Virus record (IMG/VR): IMGVR_UViG_3300026521_000003
Location: 62,001-126,000 of that record
Reading direction: 5' to 3' (one strand)
Length of the DNA: 64,000 nucleotides
The position numbers were made by a program, and so were the translations under genes. The stretch's first letter is position 1. Every line of letters starts with the position of its first letter. Shown here one piece after another: positions 37,998-48,327 of this stretch. The notes below the pieces were generated by a model that ran no database searches, was not told the DNA's origin, and saw nothing but the letters and a program-made list of their open reading frames with translations.

Positions 37998-38017
37998 GAA
38001 TTATTTAAGAATTATTT

Positions 38018-38707
38018 TTATTTTTGTGAGAATGCATTAGATGTAGTAGCATTTGAATCATCAGTACCATCATCCACAGCAGTACCATAACTAAATGAAG
38101 GCATCCAAGTAGTAAAGTTAGCATATCTAATACCTAAGTTTACAGATGAAAGTCCAGCATCATCTGAATAATCTAAAGTACCAAAATCACAAGTCATTAC
38201 TACACACTTGTGATAATACCATGCCATTAATGCCGTACCATCACCACTTAGCTCTTCCGCAGTCATATTGAAAAAATATGCTGCTGCAGATTTAGCATGA
38301 TAATTTGTATCAAAGTTTGCTTGTTTTTGTAATTGTGTTTGAGCTGCTCTTGAAACTGCTCCATCTAATGAGTCATCTAACTCAACTGTTGCTTGATCTT
38401 GAGTTTTTCTACCAGCAAAATAAACTTTTGAATTTAGCTTAGGTACTTCAATCTCAGCAAATGTAACATTAGGTTTTGTTATTGTTTTAACATGATGTCC
38501 TACAGCTCTAAATACACCAAATTTAACTCTAAATCTATGCATTAATTTTACTTCAACATCCTCTACATTATGGGCTCCATCACCACCAACATTAAATGCT
38601 GCTGATCCAAATTCATTTCCACCAGTAGCTTTAGAATCTGCAAATGCATCTGCTGCTGCCGCAGAAGTTGCTACTGCAGTTCCATTATCTCCATTATACC
38701 ATGCCAT
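38018..38707 (-). CDS. gp19: Tail tube protein, gp19-like
   Basis: HRFRVKF, VKTITKPNVTFAEIE, VYFAGR, TVELDDS, FGTLDYS and GIRYAN. Strong RBS and late promoter. Confidence 0.88.
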   Translation of the reverse strand: MAWYNGDNGTAVATSAAAADAFADSKATGGNEFGSAAFNVGGDGAHNVEDVEVKLMHRFRVKFGVFRAVGHHVKTITKPNVTFAEIEVPKLNSKVYFAGRKTQDQATVELDDSLDGAVSRAAQTQLQKQANFDTNYHAKSAAAYFFNMTAEELSGDGTALMAWYYHKCVVMTCDFGTLDYSDDAGLSSVNLGIRYANFTTWMPSFSYGTAVDDGTDDSNATTSNAFSQK

Positions 38708-38749
38708 AATTATATCTCCTTTATGAGTTATTTTTCTATTTCTTTTAAT

Positions 38750-38757
38750 TATTTATA
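38750..38757 (-). promoter_or_regulatory. T4-type late promoter of the tail tube gene
   Basis: TATAAATA 43 bp upstream of the ATG. Confidence 0.65.
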
Positions 38758-38791
38758 TCAAAATAATTTTTCTTTTAATTTAGAAATAGGT

Positions 38792-40273
38792 TTATTCACC
38801 ACCTTCAATTTGGGTTTGAATTTTTGACCATTTTTTAAGTTGTGTAATATTTTCTTGAACTTCTTCTTCTGACCAACCAAGTACTTTCTTTTGTAAATAT
38901 GTAGGTGCAAATTGTTCCATAGGAAAACCCGTAAAAACTGATTGTCTCTGAATCATTTTTTCTAATTCTTGATTTTCAGCAACATTAATTGACTCTCTCC
39001 ATTTCATATTTAATTGATCTGATGAAATATTAATTCCTCGTTCTTTAAGAAACTCAATAAACAATGATTTGAATGACCATAAAAATTGTTCCCTAATTTC
39101 TGTAAGCCATTTACCAAACCTCGCTTCTTCCGCTAAAGCACTTCCAACTTTACCATCATTCCAAGTAGGTTGATTTTCTAAATTGAAATATGAACTTGGA
39201 ACTCTCATACCTGCTATAAGTTTTTTATAAAAATAATTTACATCTGCTATTTCACCAAGATTCGATGCACCAGGAAGAGTTTCAACTCTCGAACCTCTAC
39301 CGTCTGCTCTTTGAGCAAAGAAATAATCTTCTTGCATTGACAACGGATTAAATGATGATGCTATACCTAATTCTTTTGATTCTTGTGATGCGGCAGTTCT
39401 TCGTCTTTTAATTTCTTCTTTAGTTTGAGTAACAACTTTTTCAGCAATTTTAGCTGGAGCTTTACCAACATCAATATAGAAAACTCTTCTTTCTGGCGCT
39501 CTAACAATTCTGTAAATAATTAATGAATCTTCTAACAATGAAACTTTTTTCCAATATGGGAATATACTTTCTAAATAACTTTCACCAAATGGAAAAAATT
39601 TAGAATTTTGCCCCTTATTCATAAATCTAACCATTGAAGATGATGGTATTATATAAAATTCTTCTCCCTCTTTAACTGCTATACCGGCAGTTTTATCTTC
39701 TGATGCTTTTGCTAAATTTTGATATTTTAAAAATTGTAAATAACTACCCATTTGTGCAGAATCAATTTTTGTTTTTGCAATATAATAATTTAATGGTTCA
39801 ATACCAACTTCATCATATTCAATAAAGTCAATATCCTTGTTTTCTATTCTTCTTAAACCTGCAATTCTATTGTCTTTATTTTTAACAACAAAATAAAATG
39901 AATCACCATATTTTAAAGATTGTCTTACTGCAAATGGTAATATTTCTTTTAATTTTAAAGTATCAGTAAATTGACTTATAGCTTTAGATAATACATTTTC
40001 TGGAACTTTATCATCAGTATCAAATAGGAATGGAGAATTAGCTATCGGTTCAAACATAAATATTTCTGTTGAAATTATATCTAATGCTAAATGAATTTCT
40101 GGGTAGCGATCCATTTCTTCATATGTTTCATATCGTTCTAAACGTTTTCCACTTTGCTCTACAAATTGAGTGAACGCTTCCATATATGACATCCACATAG
40201 GAGTTGGAGATTCATTTAACAATGTATCGTCCTCATTTAAATAATGATTTAATTGTTCATTTAATATTTCCAT
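38792..40273 (-). CDS. gp20: Portal protein, T4 gp20-like
   Basis: YEEMDRYPEI, LLEDSLIIYRIVRAPERRVFYIDVG, EDYFF..R..GRGSRVETLPG and EEARFGK. Confidence 0.97.
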   Translation of the reverse strand: MEILNEQLNHYLNEDDTLLNESPTPMWMSYMEAFTQFVEQSGKRLERYETYEEMDRYPEIHLALDIISTEIFMFEPIANSPFLFDTDDKVPENVLSKAISQFTDTLKLKEILPFAVRQSLKYGDSFYFVVKNKDNRIAGLRRIENKDIDFIEYDEVGIEPLNYYIAKTKIDSAQMGSYLQFLKYQNLAKASEDKTAGIAVKEGEEFYIIPSSSMVRFMNKGQNSKFFPFGESYLESIFPYWKKVSLLEDSLIIYRIVRAPERRVFYIDVGKAPAKIAEKVVTQTKEEIKRRRTAASQESKELGIASSFNPLSMQEDYFFAQRADGRGSRVETLPGASNLGEIADVNYFYKKLIAGMRVPSSYFNLENQPTWNDGKVGSALAEEARFGKWLTEIREQFLWSFKSLFIEFLKERGINISSDQLNMKWRESINVAENQELEKMIQRQSVFTGFPMEQFAPTYLQKKVLGWSEEEVQENITQLKKWSKIQTQIEGGE

Positions 40274-40302
40274 CTGATACCCTTTTATACTTTAATTATT
40301 CT

Positions 40303-40310
40303 TATTTATA
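40303..40310 (-). promoter_or_regulatory. T4-type late promoter of the portal gene
   Basis: TATAAATA 30 bp upstream of the ATG. Confidence 0.6.
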
Positions 40311-40339
40311 TATATTTTTTCATAAATTACAAACATTCA

Positions 40340-43300
40340 TTATCTATATTGAGCTTTACTTATATCTCTTTGACGTATATTATCACTAGAATCAACATCA
40401 CGTTTATATGATTTTTGGGCTATTTTATTCTGTTTTGTAAATTCTTTTGATGTATTATTCAGATGACCTAGTTGTTGATTTTGAACTTGTAACATTTGTT
40501 CTAATAATTTTTCAACGTTTACTAAAGTGGTTGTTTCAGCGTTTTCATTATTTATTGTTGTTGAACTACTAGAACTATTATAATTTTGAGTTGAAACATT
40601 ATTTAGTTTTGGACTTGTACTAATACCAGATGTACCAGTCCCAGATATAATTCCTGATGTTGGTTTTGATGTTTCAGATGAACTAGAATTCATTACTAAT
40701 TGATCAAATATAGATACCAATGATTCTGGTATTACTTTCTCATTAGTATGAACAATACCTGCTGCACCTTTCATACCGGTTAAAGTTTCTAATACTGGAT
40801 CTGGTGTTGATGGTGTTTTCCCTCCTTCTGCAAATCCAAAAAAATCACCGACGGATGATGCAACTGAAGAAACTGCACCTCCAATTCCACCAGATTCTCC
40901 ACCAAAAAGACTATTTGCTGCAGAAGATATACCACCCAATAATCCTCCACCAGATTCTCCACCACCTAATAGCCCTCCTAGTGCACCACTAAGACCGTCC
41001 ATAATACCACCAAAGTCAAATGAACCTAATGCATCAGTTAAACCTTCCCCCATACTTCCAGTAATACTATTAAATGTTTCAGTTATACTACCATCACCAT
41101 CAAATGCATCCATAACAGAATCCAAAGGACCACCTTCTACTGTAAATGATGTGAATGTATTAGATAGATTACTTGTTAAAGAGCTAGTTACATTTGTTAG
41201 AGCTTCACCAATACTAGTATCACCATTTAGGACTCCAGCTATGTTTGTAGATACTAAATCACCGGCACTAGATAAACTAGATGTAATCCCTCCTAACGCA
41301 TTGGTTAATGTATTAGGTAATACATTTGTTAAAGAGCTAGTTACATTTGTTAGAGCTTCACCAATACTAGTATCACCATTTAGGACTCCAGCTATGTTTG
41401 TATTTAAAGAAGTTCCTACTTCTTTAATACTTGAACCAACATTTTGTACTATATTTTGAACTGAAGTAGGTAACAATGATGTTACATTTTGTGCTAAATT
41501 TTGTAATGATTGAGATGCAGTTCCACCAATATTTGTTAATGCTTCAGTTATTGTACTCTTTCCAGTAAAAATATTAGTTATGCCATCTACAACACTTTTA
41601 CCAATATCAACTTGTCCACCAAAAAATGATGTAGCCGTCGCACCTAAACCTGTTGCCAAGACACCTAATTTATCTTTAAGTATATTTTTAACATCATCAA
41701 GACTATTCACCATAGCATTTGCTTGCTTATCATCAATACCTTCTTTTGTTGTCTTTTTAACTTGTTCATCTGCTATTTGTTTTTGTTTTGATATAATTTC
41801 TTTTTGATTATTACGTTCTTTTATTTCTGTTAATTTATTACTAGTTTCAGACGATTTATTAGGTATTATTTTATCATAAGCATTACTAACTGCACCCTTA
41901 ACAGAATCAACCGGTGTACTAATAAACCCTTTAATACTTTCTGTAATTTTACTAAAAACATTGGTCTCTGTTTTTTTAGATTCTTTTTTAGTTGTTTTTT
42001 TATTATTTGATGTTGAGAAATCCAATAATTTATAAAATGATTCAACAGTATTTGCAGGTATAACAAATTCTCCAGGACCATGTACTCCAGCAATACCATT
42101 AGGTTCTGCTGAACCGGTTGGATCTATTAATTGTGTTAATGCTTTATTTGCTGCATCACCAGTATATCCACCTTTTGCTTTTGCTTCTACTTTTATAGTT
42201 TTTGCATCCGCACCATTTTCAAGTGCTTTAATAAGTCTGTCTAACTCATCCTCATATTTACCTTCCAGTCCCGATTCAGACCGCATAGCTTTTAATTCTT
42301 TTAAACCTATTTCCCCAGAATTTAAACCCTCTTGAACTTTAGTAGTATTTAGGGTGTTATATCCATAATCATCAACCCAATATCCTTTCTTTTCAAGATC
42401 GGCAGATGATTTTTCTTCTTCAGAATCTGGACCCATACCAGGAATCATTCCAAGAAGCCAATTTATAGCATCACTTATAGGTTTTGTTACAACATCATAT
42501 AAACCACTAAATATTTTTTTACCCGCATCTACAATACCATTAAACATATTTTTAAACATATCTAAAAGACTCATATCGGGATCTGTAAAATATGCTACAA
42601 CAGCTTTAAATGGTGCAGTAACTAAATCTATAAACCCACTAAAAATATTTTTAACTCCATCTACAATACCTTGAAATGTTGCTTTTATATCAGTACCGAA
42701 AATACCATCAACATAATCAATTATAAATTTAAATGGGGCTGTTACTAAATCAGTAAAACCATTAAATAATGATATTACTCCATTTTTTACACCATCAAAT
42801 ATCTGTTTTACAGCATCTATGAATGATAAATCGCCGGAAATCCATGCAGAAATAGCCAAAAATGGAGCTTTAACTATATCAATAAATCCACCCAAAATAC
42901 CAGAAACGGCATTTACTATATTATTAAAATAACCTTTTATTGCATCTATAAATGAATTAAAAACAGCTGTAAATTTGGTTCCAAAATAATCATCAACTAA
43001 TCCAAATACCCAATCAAAAGGTTTTCGTACTAGATCAACAATTCCATTTAAAGCACCAATAATAGCATTCTTAACATTAGTAAAAATATCCTTTACCATA
43101 GTATCAAATGATATTTCACCTTTGAAAAATGACATTATCGATTTAAAAGGTGCAGTTATAAGTTCATAAAATGTACCAAAGATATTTTTAATTGCTGTAA
43201 ATGAATTTCTAAATGTACCAAGCATATCTGTACCAAAAATACTATCAACCATACCCAATACAGCTTTTAATGGTATTGTAATTATATCAAGAAATCCATC

Positions 43301-46300
43301 AAAAATTGTTTTGATACCTTCACCAATTTTACTAAAATTACCAGTAAAAATTCCAGTAATAATTTGGAAAAAACCATTAATATATTTAAATATACCTTTA
43401 AAAACATCACCAACAACACTTAATAATGGTTGTATTTTATTAAAAATCCATCCAACTACTTCACCGATTTTAGAAAAGAATGCACCTAACGCATTACCTA
43501 ATTCATTAAATGTAGCAGTAATACCCATTTCATCCATCTTTTTACCTAACCATGAGAAAGCCTCTGCTACTTTATGAGCTACTACTTGTCCATCCAACAT
43601 ACCAAATGATAATGCTTCTAGTGCTCCTCCTACAGCTGATGCGGATTTTTGAGTTAAAGAAGCTCTAGCTTCTAATTTATTACCGTATTCATCTTCCCAT
43701 TGACCATTAACAAAAACTGCTTTTCCTGTTTTTGATAATGATTCAGCATATTTTTTCCCCTCTTTGGTATTTTTTGTTAATAATTTTTTTTGAGGCTCTA
43801 AATCTTTTCCAAACCATTCGGCAGCTTTACCCCAACCTTCCATTCCACCTTGGAGTGCTTTCATTGCCGCTCCAGCAAGAAAGGCAGGACCCATCATACT
43901 TTTTAAACCACCACCTAAAGTCTTCAATCCACCAGAAACAGTTTTTTTAAACCCTGTCCATTTTTTTCCTGCTTTTTGCCAAAAATTACCATCAGGTTCT
44001 AATACTGTCGCAGCATTATTTGTGTCTTTACCCTTAGCAAATGAGGTTTTAATATTTTTAAAAGTATTACCAATACTCAACCCGACATTAGAAAAAACGT
44101 CTTTTATTTTTCCAAATCCAGCTGATAACGATTCTTTAAATCCCCCAAAAATATTTGATAATCCAGAAACAGCTCCTTTTCCTGCTTTACCAATAAACCC
44201 TATTGTTTTTTTAGTAGCACTACCTATATTTGATGCTATTGTTTTTAAAGTATTAGGGAAATTCATTAAACTTTTTGTAAATTTACCTATACCTATTGCT
44301 ATACCTTTTGTGACATTCCATCCAGCAATACCTATTAAATTGGCAGTTTTCATTATACCGGATCCAAGTTTTGATATAGTATTGTCAATTAAATCAAATG
44401 CTCCAGAACTTTTTAATAGTTTTGCTAAAAATAATCCTCCCATAACCATTGATATAGTTTCAATATTTTCAGTTAAAAATGATAATGCTTTATTTAAATA
44501 AGGGAGTACGTCATTAACTAATTCCATTGTTTTATTTTGAAATGCATATAATGCTGCTGTTGCTTTTTGTTCCACTCTATCTCTAGTATTTTCAACACCC
44601 GTACTGTTAGCTTTTATCTGATTTTGTAAATAATTTGGATCTTCAATCGTTTTTTTAACATCATTATGAGTTAAAGCACTACCGTCTTTTTTTGTTAAAC
44701 CTGACATAGTTAATTTTTTACCATCTTTAGCCAATTTGATTTGTTCTTTTATTAAATCGGCATTGGAAATTTTAAAAGCATCTCTTTGATATTCTGCATA
44801 CTTTTTAGGATCATTCTTTTTTAATTCCGCAAGTTGAGATTCACTCATCTTAGAAATAAGCATCATTTGTTTTTTGGTTTCTTCTGCATTTTGATCATTT
44901 GCTATAAGTTGGTCTAACATCTTATTATAACCATCTTTATTAGTAGCACCCATTGAAACTAATAGTTTATCTAAATCAGCAGTTGATTTTTCTCCTTTTG
45001 AACGTGCTATAAATTCTTTCGTCCCCTCTTTTTGTGCAGCTATTGTTGCAGCAACACCTTGTTGGTTTATTTTGTTTGCTACTTCAGAATCTTTAGCCCA
45101 TTCTTTACTTTGTTGTAACATTTGGAATTTCGCTTTCTCACTTGCTGTTGCTGTACCATCATTAACTTTTTTAGCTAAATCAGCATACATAACTTGTTGT
45201 GCTTGAACATTAACTTGTTGCATCTGTAAAAATAATTTTTTATCTTTTTCACTTAATCCTTCAAATCCTACAAGCGATGCTTTAGCTGCTAAATCATTTG
45301 CTTCTTTTTGATTCATACCAATAGTATCTAACCCCTGTTTTAAGAAGTCAGCACCCTTTCCACCCATTTGATTCATCATATTCATATCTTTAATAGAATC
45401 AGCAATTGCTTCTGGGTCTGCAGCAATATTAGATACCTTCTCTAAAGTAGCTTTTATGTATTCTTCTGAAAAACCAGCTTGTTTCATACCAGATGCCATA
45501 CCACCCATTGTTTTTTCTATTTCTTTAGCAATATCAGCATTCATACCTTTTGTTATTAATTTTGAATTTTCATGTATAGCTTTAATTTGTTCAAGAGCGT
45601 ACTTATTACTAACACCCATTGTTTTTGCTAAAGCCGAAGTTTGAGCAGCTAAGTCATCCATCATACCTGCTGGAGATTGACCTTCTAAGACAGTTTTTAG
45701 TGAGTTAAGAGCTTCCATCTGATTTTCAGCATACTCTTTACCCATTGTACGTTCTGATAATCTTTGTTTAACTGCAACTTTTTCCATCTCTACACGATTA
45801 TTATTTAAGGAAACATTAAATGTAGTTTGTAAGCTATCAGACAAGGCTTTTAATCCAGCTGGATCTATCAATGAATTAATATGCATATTTTGGAGATCCG
45901 ATACTAGATTACCACTACTACTACCCATCTCTCTAGATATATTTAACTGGTCATGATACATACCTATAGCTTTTGTAGCCATTGCCATTGCAGCTCCTAA
46001 TGCTGCTACAGGTGCACCAACACTACTAATCATTCTTATAAAATCATTTCCAACATTTCTAACTTCACCAAATGATTTCATTCCGTCACCAACATTATCA
46101 AATGCAGATGATAAATGTCCAGCAGCATCACTTACTTTATCTAATTGATTAGAAAAGCCTTGCGCTCCTTGAGATAAAATATCAAATTTAGATTTTGATT
46201 TTTGTACCGCTTCATCTAATTTTTTTTGAGATTTTGATTCATTTTTAGTATTTTGTTTGTCTACTTTTTTTTTAGTTTTACCTTTTATTGCAGGACCCAA

Positions 46301-47032
46301 TTCATTTATAACTTTAGCGTTTTCTTCTTGTAACTTTATAACTGTCGATAATGAATCTTGAGTTGATTTTAGATTTTCTGAAGCTTCTATAATTTCAGAT
46401 TTATCGGCTCCATCAGCAACTAAACGTTCTATTAATTTAGTTTGTCGTTTAGTTTCTAATTCCAATCTATTTTGCTCAGCTATCAAATCATCACTCAAAT
46501 CATCTATACTATCTATAAATGATGTAGTGTCACCATTAAAAGTAATATTACTACCATCTACATTATAAATATTTTCAATATTTTCTTTCAAACCATCATC
46601 AATCAAACTATCAAGTGTAAATGAATTGTCCCCTAATGATATATTATTTGTAGTTTCTGTTTTTTCTTTAGGTTTACCTAAATTTGCAACATAAGAACCC
46701 AGCATTTCTTTTGCTTCATTACTATTTGAATTTTTACGTTCTTCAGCAAGCTCTTTAATAAATTCAGCAAATTTTTCATCATCTTGATCATTTGCAAAAT
46801 CATGGGTAACTGAATTTAATTCTTTTTTTAACTCATCAGCAAAATTTTCTTCAATCTGATTCAGTCTATTAATAATTTCACTTGGATTAATATCATCATT
46901 AAGAAAATCATCTCGTAAATTTATTTTTTCGCTTGACTGCCCTGATAATTTTTCAACAAGAGTATAGAGCTTCGACATTTTCTCTGATACATTTTTATAA
47001 TCAATTATTTGACTACCTTTATTAAATTCCAT
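40340..47032 (-). CDS. Tape measure protein (2230 aa)
   Basis: Long Ala/Gly/Lys-rich helical protein with periodic F/W repeats, hydrophobic stretches and two (FA)xGG...VHxxExVIP motifs typical of tape measure C-termini. Confidence 0.88.
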   Translation of the reverse strand: MEFNKGSQIIDYKNVSEKMSKLYTLVEKLSGQSSEKINLRDDFLNDDINPSEIINRLNQIEENFADELKKELNSVTHDFANDQDDEKFAEFIKELAEERKNSNSNEAKEMLGSYVANLGKPKEKTETTNNISLGDNSFTLDSLIDDGLKENIENIYNVDGSNITFNGDTTSFIDSIDDLSDDLIAEQNRLELETKRQTKLIERLVADGADKSEIIEASENLKSTQDSLSTVIKLQEENAKVINELGPAIKGKTKKKVDKQNTKNESKSQKKLDEAVQKSKSKFDILSQGAQGFSNQLDKVSDAAGHLSSAFDNVGDGMKSFGEVRNVGNDFIRMISSVGAPVAALGAAMAMATKAIGMYHDQLNISREMGSSSGNLVSDLQNMHINSLIDPAGLKALSDSLQTTFNVSLNNNRVEMEKVAVKQRLSERTMGKEYAENQMEALNSLKTVLEGQSPAGMMDDLAAQTSALAKTMGVSNKYALEQIKAIHENSKLITKGMNADIAKEIEKTMGGMASGMKQAGFSEEYIKATLEKVSNIAADPEAIADSIKDMNMMNQMGGKGADFLKQGLDTIGMNQKEANDLAAKASLVGFEGLSEKDKKLFLQMQQVNVQAQQVMYADLAKKVNDGTATASEKAKFQMLQQSKEWAKDSEVANKINQQGVAATIAAQKEGTKEFIARSKGEKSTADLDKLLVSMGATNKDGYNKMLDQLIANDQNAEETKKQMMLISKMSESQLAELKKNDPKKYAEYQRDAFKISNADLIKEQIKLAKDGKKLTMSGLTKKDGSALTHNDVKKTIEDPNYLQNQIKANSTGVENTRDRVEQKATAALYAFQNKTMELVNDVLPYLNKALSFLTENIETISMVMGGLFLAKLLKSSGAFDLIDNTISKLGSGIMKTANLIGIAGWNVTKGIAIGIGKFTKSLMNFPNTLKTIASNIGSATKKTIGFIGKAGKGAVSGLSNIFGGFKESLSAGFGKIKDVFSNVGLSIGNTFKNIKTSFAKGKDTNNAATVLEPDGNFWQKAGKKWTGFKKTVSGGLKTLGGGLKSMMGPAFLAGAAMKALQGGMEGWGKAAEWFGKDLEPQKKLLTKNTKEGKKYAESLSKTGKAVFVNGQWEDEYGNKLEARASLTQKSASAVGGALEALSFGMLDGQVVAHKVAEAFSWLGKKMDEMGITATFNELGNALGAFFSKIGEVVGWIFNKIQPLLSVVGDVFKGIFKYINGFFQIITGIFTGNFSKIGEGIKTIFDGFLDIITIPLKAVLGMVDSIFGTDMLGTFRNSFTAIKNIFGTFYELITAPFKSIMSFFKGEISFDTMVKDIFTNVKNAIIGALNGIVDLVRKPFDWVFGLVDDYFGTKFTAVFNSFIDAIKGYFNNIVNAVSGILGGFIDIVKAPFLAISAWISGDLSFIDAVKQIFDGVKNGVISLFNGFTDLVTAPFKFIIDYVDGIFGTDIKATFQGIVDGVKNIFSGFIDLVTAPFKAVVAYFTDPDMSLLDMFKNMFNGIVDAGKKIFSGLYDVVTKPISDAINWLLGMIPGMGPDSEEEKSSADLEKKGYWVDDYGYNTLNTTKVQEGLNSGEIGLKELKAMRSESGLEGKYEDELDRLIKALENGADAKTIKVEAKAKGGYTGDAANKALTQLIDPTGSAEPNGIAGVHGPGEFVIPANTVESFYKLLDFSTSNNKKTTKKESKKTETNVFSKITESIKGFISTPVDSVKGAVSNAYDKIIPNKSSETSNKLTEIKERNNQKEIISKQKQIADEQVKKTTKEGIDDKQANAMVNSLDDVKNILKDKLGVLATGLGATATSFFGGQVDIGKSVVDGITNIFTGKSTITEALTNIGGTASQSLQNLAQNVTSLLPTSVQNIVQNVGSSIKEVGTSLNTNIAGVLNGDTSIGEALTNVTSSLTNVLPNTLTNALGGITSSLSSAGDLVSTNIAGVLNGDTSIGEALTNVTSSLTSNLSNTFTSFTVEGGPLDSVMDAFDGDGSITETFNSITGSMGEGLTDALGSFDFGGIMDGLSGALGGLLGGGESGGGLLGGISSAANSLFGGESGGIGGAVSSVASSVGDFFGFAEGGKTPSTPDPVLETLTGMKGAAGIVHTNEKVIPESLVSIFDQLVMNSSSSETSKPTSGIISGTGTSGISTSPKLNNVSTQNYNSSSSSTTINNENAETTTLVNVEKLLEQMLQVQNQQLGHLNNTSKEFTKQNKIAQKSYKRDVDSSDNIRQRDISKAQYR
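41173..41402. repeat. 77-bp identical direct repeat pair in the tape measure gene (41173-41249 and 41326-41402)
   Basis: Both encode NIAGVLNGDTSIGEALTNVTSSLT; offset 153 bp, in frame. Confidence 0.92.
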
Positions 47033-47033
47033 A

Positions 47034-47516
47034 TTATTTTAATAACTCCATTCTTAATGATTCTATGGATTCACTTATAATATCATCATCTAAATCTCGT
47101 AATGATGGATTATTTCTTAAAAGTCTTACAATATTAGCTTTATTCCATAATTTATTATTTCTTCTATTCATTCGCATATTTCTTTTTTCTGAAAATACAT
47201 CAAAAGGTATATCAATATAATTTAAAGTATCTTTATAAAATCGGACGAAAGTAAAATCAATATTACATCCTTTTGCAGCTTTTTTTTCTGCTTCATCAAG
47301 AATTTTTTTAATTTTTGAAATGTTTCGCATAAAAACATATTTAAAAAATGATCTATATGAAGTATGTCCTTTATAATAATAAATAGACATTAATTCATAT
47401 TCAATTTTGTTTAGTTTTGACTTTATTAAACATGATTTAACTTCTTTACCATATGAATCATCAGATCCATTATTTCGTTTTTTTAATAGTGATGATAAAC
47501 TTCCGAATAAACTCAT
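47034..47516 (-). CDS. Hypothetical protein (160 aa)
   Basis: AAAGGA RBS; abuts the tape measure gene. Confidence 0.65.
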   Translation of the reverse strand: MSLFGSLSSLLKKRNNGSDDSYGKEVKSCLIKSKLNKIEYELMSIYYYKGHTSYRSFFKYVFMRNISKIKKILDEAEKKAAKGCNIDFTFVRFYKDTLNYIDIPFDVFSEKRNMRMNRRNNKLWNKANIVRLLRNNPSLRDLDDDIISESIESLRMELLK

Positions 47517-47577
47517 AAAAAATCCTTTTATTTAATATAACTATTTATTCATTTTTTTTATTTTTTCTTTAAATTAA

Positions 47578-48249
47578 CTATTTTTGTAATCGGATATTAC
47601 GTTTATCAATTTCTAAATAACTTAACCATCGTTTATAAGAAACTTCTTCAATAACTTTTATTTCTTCAGCTTTATAATTTCTATACGCTAATGAAAGTTC
47701 CGGAATAATTTTTCTAACCATTTCAAATGTTAAAATTGGCATTTTTCCACTTTTTATTCGTGGACCATTAATTTTCAAAATCTGTTTAACAAAAAATTCA
47801 CGAAATACTGGTATTAAATAATGTAAATTAATAGCATTAAAATTTTGAAATTTACTATCATAGGAATTTAGAAAAATTACTAATGGAAACGGATCATGTT
47901 GATAATTTTTATATTTTATCTGGTACATTTGTCCTAATTTTATTCCTCGTACAATTTTAATATGATCGGTCTTCCAAACAGCACTATCTTTATAATCAGT
48001 AACTAGATCTAATATCGAATCTAATAATAATTTTGTATTATTTTTATATTTTCTTTTTAGTATCTCATATTCTTTTAAATCATATTTTGTTTTATATGAA
48101 AAATAATTCATGAACTGATCTCTAATATCTGGGGTCATATTTTTTAAAAATTTATAATGTAGTGGAAGAGTTTTGTCTGTAGTAGATAATAATTTATCAA
48201 ATATTTTTTTAAGTTTTCTATCAATTTTTGGTTTAATTCTTACTATCAT
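47578..48249 (-). CDS. gp2: DNA end protector protein, T4 gp2-like
   Basis: GQMYQIKY...DPFPLVIFL...FNAINLHYL and AYRNY segments; late promoter at 48275-48268. Confidence 0.75.
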   Translation of the reverse strand: MIVRIKPKIDRKLKKIFDKLLSTTDKTLPLHYKFLKNMTPDIRDQFMNYFSYKTKYDLKEYEILKRKYKNNTKLLLDSILDLVTDYKDSAVWKTDHIKIVRGIKLGQMYQIKYKNYQHDPFPLVIFLNSYDSKFQNFNAINLHYLIPVFREFFVKQILKINGPRIKSGKMPILTFEMVRKIIPELSLAYRNYKAEEIKVIEEVSYKRWLSYLEIDKRNIRLQK

Positions 48250-48292
48250 AAATATACCTTTTATTTTTATTTATAATAGTAAGAATTAAAAG

Positions 48293-48322
48293 TTAATAGG
48301 GTTAAATAAGTAACCCTATTAA
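48293..48322 (-). terminator. Probable terminator hairpin
   Basis: TTAATAGGGTTA/TAACCCTATTAA 12-bp stem 6 bp after the stop at 48328. Confidence 0.65.
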
Positions 48323-48327
48323 AAATA

